Assembly: GCA_051382305.1 (NCBI GenBank)
Contig: JBBCAV010000153.1
Location: forward strand, 6,216 to 70,215
Length of the DNA: 64,000 bases
Reading direction: 5' to 3'
Source: Bdellovibrionota bacterium FG-2
GTDB lineage: Bacteria; Bdellovibrionota; UBA1018
The position numbers and the translations under genes are program-made. The first letter of the stretch is position 1. Each line of letters starts with the position of its first letter. The notes below the pieces were generated by a model that was not told where the DNA came from, did no database searches, and saw only the letters and a list, made by a program, of their open reading frames with translations. Of the stretch, positions 58,109-64,000 are shown piece by piece.

Positions 58109-59578
58109 ATGCGAACCACCAAAATGTTTCTGCTGCTGCTGTTCCCACTCATCCTTCTGACCCCGGGCCCTGCTCCCTCAATCGCCGCGGACACGCCCGA
58201 GACCCTAGAACTGCCCCCCCTGGTCTTAGCCCAAGGAGAACAGCGTCTCATCAAGCTCGCCCAAAACTCAGACGTCAAGAAGTTCACGCTTGGCAGCCCC
58301 ATCGTCAGATCCCTGAAATCCTCCGCGGAACACATCCTTCTCAAAGGCGTCAGCCCCGGGATCACCGATCTTTGGGTCTGGAAATCAGACGGATCGACTG
58401 AACATCGAAAAATCCGCGTAGAAAAACTCAATCCCGGTGACCTCTCCTCACCGCTTGAGCGCGCGCTCTCCGATCTCACCGAGACCGAGGTCATTTTCAA
58501 CGGCAGAAGCGTGCTCCTGCGCGGCACTATTCAAACCCTCAAAGAGAGCACTAAAGTGACTTTTCTCACCGAACAGTTTCCCAAAGAAGTCATCGATCAA
58601 ACGGAACTTGGCGCTAAACTCCTGGAAAAAGGACAAAACCTGCTGCGCGATTGGATTGATAAAAACAAATACTCCACAAAAATTCGAATCGAGACCGAAG
58701 GCAGGAGCCTCTGGGTGCGAGGCCACATTGAACTGGCTCAAACGCGAACCGAACTTGTGAGACAACTTCACGCGATTTTCCCGCCAGCCAAGATCATCAT
58801 CGACGCGCTCCCTGATGAAGCCCCGACCATTCACTTCAAGGTGTTTCTCCTGGAACTCAAACGCACGCGCTTTTCAGCCCTGGGAATCACCTGGCCCGGC
58901 GGCCAAGAAGGCGCCTTTCGCGTCACGACCGGAGGAATCCAAAACCTGTTAGCCCTGGATCTTGCACTGCAAGCGCTCGAAGGAGAAGGTTCGGCGCGGA
59001 TCCTATCCAATCCCGAACTCGTGGTGCGCGCGCCAGGTGATGCTGAGCTTTTTGCAGGAGGAGAAATTCCGATCCAAATCAAAACCAAATTTGGCTCAAC
59101 CGTGACCTGGAAAAACCATGGCCTAACCCTGCAACTCAAAGTGAGCCACTCCACGGGCGAACTCGTGCGCCTGGATATTTTCACCGAAGTCAGTCACCTC
59201 GACCCTTCGACGAGTATCGAAAACATCCCTGGCATCGCGGCCAACCGCATGAAAACCCAAGTCGACGCCCGTTACGGAGTACCGCTGCTGCTCTCCGGCC
59301 TCCTCCAACAAGGCATGCGGGAGCAAGCACGCGGGCTGCCTTGGCTGAGACGAATTCCAATCTTGGGTGTTCTCTTTGGCTCCGAAGATTATCTGAGTGA
59401 AAAATCCGAACTCGTCGCGATTCTACTGCCCAGCCTTGCACCGCCTTCTACTCAAGTCTCAAGAATCCAAGACGCGATTCCGAAAGGTCCCACACCGCTA
59501 CCGCGAGATTGGCTGAGTCCCGAGGAACAAGAAAAACTTAAGGCGGATCCCGACTATCCCTGGAACGTGCTCCAATGA
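58109..59578 (+). CDS. cpaC: Flp/Tad pilus secretin CpaC/RcpA family
   Basis: Signal peptide. C-terminal secretin motif GVPLLLSGLLQQ...GLPWLRRIPILGVLFGS. Confidence 0.75.
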   Translation: MRTTKMFLLLLFPLILLTPGPAPSIAADTPETLELPPLVLAQGEQRLIKLAQNSDVKKFTLGSPIVRSLKSSAEHILLKGVSPGITDLWVWKSDGSTEHRKIRVEKLNPGDLSSPLERALSDLTETEVIFNGRSVLLRGTIQTLKESTKVTFLTEQFPKEVIDQTELGAKLLEKGQNLLRDWIDKNKYSTKIRIETEGRSLWVRGHIELAQTRTELVRQLHAIFPPAKIIIDALPDEAPTIHFKVFLLELKRTRFSALGITWPGGQEGAFRVTTGGIQNLLALDLALQALEGEGSARILSNPELVVRAPGDAELFAGGEIPIQIKTKFGSTVTWKNHGLTLQLKVSHSTGELVRLDIFTEVSHLDPSTSIENIPGIAANRMKTQVDARYGVPLLLSGLLQQGMREQARGLPWLRRIPILGVLFGSEDYLSEKSELVAILLPSLAPPSTQVSRIQDAIPKGPTPLPRDWLSPEEQEKLKADPDYPWNVLQ

Positions 59579-60615
59579 ATACCCCCACCTGGCTTGCAAC
59601 ACTTCTTGCGCGCCCTGATATCACCGACCTGTGCCTCAACGGTCACACCGAAGTCTTCGCAGATCAGGGCGGCGGAATGCTCCCCTCACCTTTCGACAGC
59701 TGGAGCGAGCCCGAAATGCGTACTTGGGTTTTGCAACAAATCTCAGCTGCCGGAAAAACTTGGGATGCAAAAAACCCCTTCATCGATGCAACCCTGCCCA
59801 CGGGCCATCGAATTCATGTCGTTTTTCCGCCCATATCTCCGCAAGGCCTGATTGTGTCCCTGCGCAGGCTCGCAAAACGGAATCGCCAAAACGCCACGGA
59901 CAACTCCCACACACAAAGTGCCGAATCTCGTTGGGGCGACTCCCCCCTGTTTCAAACACTAAAAGAAGCGGTGGTGCGTGGGGATTCGGTGATTCTCTCA
60001 GGCCCCACAGGTAGCGGGAAAACCACGCTGGCCAATGATTTGTTAGAAGGAGTTCCGGCCAATGAGCGCATTATTGCGCTTGAAGATACGCCGGAGCTTT
60101 CGCCCGCTCACCCCCATTTTCTCTCGCTCATCAGTCGCCCCCCCAACGCCGATGGTTTTGGAGAAGTCACCCTCCGCTCGCTCCTCAAACAAGCTTTGCG
60201 CATGCGCCCAGATCGAATTGTATTGGGTGAATGTCGCGGTGCCGAAGTCTTAGACCTCCTGCAAATTCTCAACACAGGCCACCAAGGGGGGCTGGCCACG
60301 CTCCACGCCAACTCGCCGAGAGATGCCCTGCGAAGGATCGAACTTCTCTGCCTGCTCGCGTCTTCCGGATCTTTGCCGCAGAGCGTGGTTCGCGAGTTTC
60401 TAGCCTCGGGAGTCCAATGGGTAGGGCAGCTTCAGACGGATCGAAAATTGGGCAAGCGCACCCTAACTGAACTTTGGAGAATTGAAGGGCGCGAAGGGGA
60501 TACCATCCTGATGAGGCCAATGGTACAACAGAAGCAAGGAGACATTACTCGGCATGACTTCAAACTATCCCACTGGCAATCCCATGGGCAACCCTACGCC
60601 CGCGCAAACACCTAG
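59575..60615 (+). CDS. cpaF: Tad pilus assembly ATPase CpaF/TadA (type II/IV secretion NTPase)
   Basis: Walker A GPTGSGKTT, Asp box, GECRGAEVLDLLQILNTGHQGGLATLHANS. Confidence 0.8.
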   Translation: MNTPTWLATLLARPDITDLCLNGHTEVFADQGGGMLPSPFDSWSEPEMRTWVLQQISAAGKTWDAKNPFIDATLPTGHRIHVVFPPISPQGLIVSLRRLAKRNRQNATDNSHTQSAESRWGDSPLFQTLKEAVVRGDSVILSGPTGSGKTTLANDLLEGVPANERIIALEDTPELSPAHPHFLSLISRPPNADGFGEVTLRSLLKQALRMRPDRIVLGECRGAEVLDLLQILNTGHQGGLATLHANSPRDALRRIELLCLLASSGSLPQSVVREFLASGVQWVGQLQTDRKLGKRTLTELWRIEGREGDTILMRPMVQQKQGDITRHDFKLSHWQSHGQPYARANT

Positions 60616-61042
60616 CTTTCCCGTTATTCGTAGGCTCATGAAAGTACTCGCCTTCATTTATGCGGTGGTAGGCATGAGTTTTTTCTTTTTTTCCGAAACG
60701 GTATTAGAATCCATTAACTCGATTGCATCACTGTTTAAGCTCGCCACGCCCATCCCCTTAAACACAGAACACTTCTGGGTCGTGCTCGCAACTTCCATGA
60801 TGATCATGCTCGTGGCGCTCTCAATCCTTTCCTCACGCGCGCCTGAGATTCGGGGATACTTGTGGGTACACTTGGTGTCTAAAGTCGCATCGAGTGCAGC
60901 CTTTTTTTATCTCTTTTTTCACAAACAACCCTATTTTGCTTACGTTGCGGGAATTGCAACCGATCTCCCACTTGCGCTCCTTATCTTGGGATTCATCATT
61001 CGCATCACTTTAGCATTAAGAACCTCAAGGAAGGCGACATGA
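60554..61042 (+). CDS. hypothetical membrane protein
   Basis: Four hydrophobic segments. The true start is probably internal, as the ORF overlaps cpaF by 62 bp. Confidence 0.35.
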   Translation: MTSNYPTGNPMGNPTPAQTPSFPVIRRLMKVLAFIYAVVGMSFFFFSETVLESINSIASLFKLATPIPLNTEHFWVVLATSMMIMLVALSILSSRAPEIRGYLWVHLVSKVASSAAFFYLFFHKQPYFAYVAGIATDLPLALLILGFIIRITLALRTSRKAT

Positions 61043-62040
61043 CAGGCAACTCGCCCCTTTGGGCGCCCGATAGGCAACCCTTTCAAGAAGTCTGGTATCT
61101 CAAACTCAACGATCCAAGTGCTCAACGCGCCCTTTGGCTCCGATTCACTCTTCTTGTGAGCCACAACGGATTCAAACGGATTGCGGAGGTTTGGGCGATC
61201 TTTTTTCAGCGCGGCCTCACCAAGGATATTTCAAAAATCGCTTTGAAACAAACCTTCAGCATCGAGAACTTTGCAAATAACCCCAGTAGCACTGGAATTC
61301 AAATCGCGCAATCTGAGCTGACCTCCTCTCTCACCAAGGGTGCGATTCAATCCAAAGGCAATTCGATCGAATGGGACTTAAAAATCTCTTCGGCTCAGGA
61401 TTACTCATTTAATATGGTGCCCGAAACGCTCTCAAGACTCAAAGTCGTCAAGAACACGGCCGTAACCGTCGCAGAGGATCTGCGTTTCACCGGTACTTCA
61501 AAAATCAACGGAGAAACGGTTTCTTGGAATCAAGCCCCTGGAATGCAAGGCCACTTAAGCGGCCCCAAAAACGGTCATTCCTGGACCTGGGGACACTGCA
61601 ACTGTTTCACAGATGAAAAGGGCAATGCAGTTCCCTTTGTTTTTGACGGCCTGACAGCGCGCGCGCAAGTCGCCGGAGCGCCCACCCCTTGGCTTTCGAC
61701 TTTCTTTTTCCTTTATCGCGGGACACCCTATCGCTTCAACACCCTTTGGGACGCGCTACGGGTACGTTCCTCTCACTCCCATACCGAATGGAGCTTTCAG
61801 GCAGATCGAGGAGAACTCTCTTTCCGAGGGGAAGCCAAAGCAGAACACAAAGATTTTGCGGGAGTCACCTACGAAGATACTAACGGGTCCTTACTCTATT
61901 GCGCCAACTCCAAACTTTCGAACATGAAGATTCACGTTTATCGGAGGGGAAAACTTGAATCTACTTTTGTTTCAAACGGCAATGCGGCCTTTGAAGTCGT
62001 ATCGCGGGAAAAGAACCCATACGTTCCTATCTTGATCTGA
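61039..62040 (+). CDS. hypothetical protein
   Basis: 333-aa ORF with start overlapping the upstream stop (ATGA). No recognised motif. Confidence 0.4.
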   Translation: MTGNSPLWAPDRQPFQEVWYLKLNDPSAQRALWLRFTLLVSHNGFKRIAEVWAIFFQRGLTKDISKIALKQTFSIENFANNPSSTGIQIAQSELTSSLTKGAIQSKGNSIEWDLKISSAQDYSFNMVPETLSRLKVVKNTAVTVAEDLRFTGTSKINGETVSWNQAPGMQGHLSGPKNGHSWTWGHCNCFTDEKGNAVPFVFDGLTARAQVAGAPTPWLSTFFFLYRGTPYRFNTLWDALRVRSSHSHTEWSFQADRGELSFRGEAKAEHKDFAGVTYEDTNGSLLYCANSKLSNMKIHVYRRGKLESTFVSNGNAAFEVVSREKNPYVPILI

Positions 62041-62131
62041 GCCGGAAAAATCCAAGGTTTCCCGCCCAACAAAATTGAAAACAGGACCACACGAAGCGCC
62101 CACGCAATGAGAGAATAGTTCATAATAATTT

Positions 62132-63151
62132 TTAGTGAGAAACCTCCCTTGCTGTAATCCAAAGCCCGAAAATTAAAAGACCAATCAGCGAAGGTGCGAC
62201 AAACAAAAACAAAGGTTTGAGCGCGCGGGTGGCGAGCAAAGACAGCTCCCGAGAAACGTGGGAGCGCAAATCCTCGCGTAGAGAGATCAAAACGGATTCC
62301 ACTCGCTCCACACAAGACCGACCTTCCATCAAACTCACCTGAATCCCCCGCTTAAGCGCAGCCCCTGCCTGCGCAATGGACTTCTCACAAAGCCCTTCGC
62401 GCCCAAACCCGGTCTCCCCTTTAGATGAGGCGCTCCAAAGCGAATTTCCCCACACAAGCGCCAAAGGCGGCGCCTGATCTCGCAAGAGGTTCAACGTTTC
62501 ATTCCAAGCCAAATCCGGGGGAGAGCCCGACCGCACCAACGATAAAAAGCGCTCCCCTCCACATTGAGCAGCCAAGACCCACGTGCGTTTTTCACTTGTG
62601 AGCCCACCCCAGCGTGCGGCATCGGCCATCTTGAGCATCCAAAAGGCGCCCACGAGCGAAAACATGATGGAGACAATCCCTGCCATCAACCATAGCCACG
62701 GATGTGCGGAAACCCCCGGAAGAATCAAAAAGAGAATACTCCCAAACACCGGGACCAAGACGACCGAAAATCCCGCTTGCATGATGGCCTGCGCAGAACG
62801 CCCCTGGGCCTCCCCTAGGTCCGCTTGATTCTGGACGGCTAGCGCTCTAAAGCGTTTAAGGGTCGGCAAAATGGGAGCACCGTTTCGGCGCAGTTCAATG
62901 AGGCTCTGCGAGGAGAGCCGCCCCCAGGGGGCCGGTAGTTGTCCAAGTCTGGCCCATTGACCATCGGTGGGCACCAAACCGGATTCAAAACAGTCTTCGA
63001 TTTCTAGGAGCATATCCACAACGTCCGCGAGCCGTTTCTTTTCTCGGCGAAAGGACATGAGCGATACCGATCCGGGATCCGGACAAAGCGCCGCAAAAAG
63101 AGACCTAATTCCACAAAAAAACCCGAAAATCGCAACAATCCACAAGAGCAT
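62132..63151 (-). CDS. TadB/TadC-like pilus assembly membrane protein (T2SS-F family)
   Basis: Topology has N-terminal TM, paired central TMs and a C-terminal TM. No strong diagnostic motif was seen, so the call is tentative. Confidence 0.4.
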   Translation of the reverse strand: MLLWIVAIFGFFCGIRSLFAALCPDPGSVSLMSFRREKKRLADVVDMLLEIEDCFESGLVPTDGQWARLGQLPAPWGRLSSQSLIELRRNGAPILPTLKRFRALAVQNQADLGEAQGRSAQAIMQAGFSVVLVPVFGSILFLILPGVSAHPWLWLMAGIVSIMFSLVGAFWMLKMADAARWGGLTSEKRTWVLAAQCGGERFLSLVRSGSPPDLAWNETLNLLRDQAPPLALVWGNSLWSASSKGETGFGREGLCEKSIAQAGAALKRGIQVSLMEGRSCVERVESVLISLREDLRSHVSRELSLLATRALKPLFLFVAPSLIGLLIFGLWITAREVSH

Positions 63152-63196
63152 GGTTCGGGCAAAAGCAAAAAATGGGCCTAAAGCTCTACCATCAAC

Positions 63197-63496
63197 CTAT
63201 GGGTCTAGAAAAACGATCATCTCCCCTAGCTCCGCAAGCAAACTATTTACCTCGTCCAGAAAATCCGGCGGAATCCGCAACTCCAAATCCCGGTGCGCGT
63301 CGCCAGATTTAAAATCCAAGGTCGAATAACTGCAAATCCCCTCCTGGGCTTCCATAATAAAATAGACAAAGGCTGAGTCTTCACTCCGAACCCGAATATT
63401 TTTGAAAATCGATCTTTGGGGCTGCACCTCGTCATTCGTACACCGTAAGCTCCATGAAATACCAACAAAAACTAGTTGCCCGCGTGCAAGAGTCAA
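63197..63496 (-). CDS. small hypothetical protein
   Basis: 99-aa ORF downstream of the TadB-like gene. Confidence 0.3.
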   Translation of the reverse strand: MTLARGQLVFVGISWSLRCTNDEVQPQRSIFKNIRVRSEDSAFVYFIMEAQEGICSYSTLDFKSGDAHRDLELRIPPDFLDEVNSLLAELGEMIVFLDP

Positions 63497-63510
63497 CTTA
63501 CCATTAAGAG

Positions 63511-64000
63511 GTGACCCACCTGCAACTTAAGGCTGCGACTGTGTGTTTGATGCTAACGAGCTGTGCCTGGGGGCGGCCCACGGTCAAACCGCAGGCTGAA
63601 GCTCCGATTGTGCCCGCCAAGCAAGCTGTCGTATCATCTGTGTTATCATCGGCGATTGATTCCCCACCCGCACCTCAGAAAAACGAAACGGTCAAGCCCC
63701 AGAACACAGAAGAGCTCGCCCGGCAGATCGACGCTCTCACTCGTAAAGTCGAAGCGCTGGAATCAAAACTTGCCACCGCAGAACCCGCAAAGTCGGTGAC
63801 CTCCGTCGCCGTGACTCCGAAAACGGTCGAGCACATCGGCTCTGCCCTAACAACTGCTCCAAGCCGATCGGATCCAGAAGCGGGCTTCATCAACGATGCC
63901 GCTGTCAAAGATTTTCGGGCTGCAAAAGTTTTATTTGATGCAAAAAAGCATACCGAAGCCGTGCTCGCATTCTCAAATTTCTTGGAAAAATACCCCGATC
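63511..64000 (+). CDS. 3'-partial lipoprotein, CpoB/YbgF-like (coiled coil then TPR)
   Basis: Not in the ORF track. GTG start, lipobox LMLTSC, coiled coil ELARQIDALTRKVEALESKL, then AVKDFRAAKVLFDAKKHTEAVLAFSNFLEKYPD running off the window. Confidence 0.5.
   Translation, partial: MTHLQLKAATVCLMLTSCAWGRPTVKPQAEAPIVPAKQAVVSSVLSSAIDSPPAPQKNETVKPQNTEELARQIDALTRKVEALESKLATAEPAKSVTSVAVTPKTVEHIGSALTTAPSRSDPEAGFINDAAVKDFRAAKVLFDAKKHTEAVLAFSNFLEKYPD

Overview
This is a 64-kb bacterial chromosomal window of about 50% GC, read from sequence and the ORF track only. It is gene-dense and mixes housekeeping with accessory content. The gene set resembles a delta-proteobacterial or Bdellovibrio-like genome, but that is a guess.

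Securely recognisable genes:
- a periplasmic alpha-carbonic anhydrase (2981..3832)
- an OPT oligopeptide transporter and a divergent ABC-F ATPase (7441..11035)
- RNase R (11839..14037)
- an ECF sigma factor with an NrsF-like anti-sigma partner (16805..17844)
- PolX (19961..21724)
- a compact overlapping molybdenum-cofactor operon moaA, moaC-mogA fusion, moeA, moaD, moaE, mobA (23466..28239)
- mnmA (29550..30716)
- a GGDEF cyclase (32392..32985)
- an HDOD, PAS-histidine-kinase and sigma-54 response-regulator operon (33760..37380)
- tRNA-Val(GAC) (37520..37594)
- a glutathione S-transferase, an SDR oxidoreductase and an acyl-CoA dehydrogenase-like protein
- a Tad/Flp pilus block with CpaC secretin, CpaF ATPase and a TadB/C-like protein (58109..63151)
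- a partial CpoB/YbgF-like lipoprotein at the 3' end.

Most interesting candidates:
1. An AT-richer, pseudogenised locus directly 3' of tRNA-Val encodes an R-S-E-type ADP-ribosyltransferase toxin domain preceded by a large secreted protein (37733..40007). It appears to lie inside a roughly 10-kb island that ends at an IS110 transposase remnant.
2. An overlapping XRE-HTH plus AbiEii-like nucleotidyltransferase gene pair (31286..32349) looks like an uncharacterised AbiE-like toxin-antitoxin or abortive-infection module.
3. A perfect sigma-54 -24/-12 element drives into a 15-bp-stem hairpin followed by T7 (41404..41545). This is a candidate sigma-54-dependent small RNA.
4. The long moaA leader is a possible Moco riboswitch.
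5. There are two paralogous DUF222-type HNH endonuclease genes.

The window contains an unusual number of disrupted genes. These are an ORF with two in-frame nonsense codons, a frameshifted secreted protein, an epimerase remnant, the toxin locus, the IS110 transposase and a GT28 glycosyltransferase. This suggests either ongoing pseudogenisation or indel errors in the assembly.

No CRISPR array, rRNA or prophage was seen.
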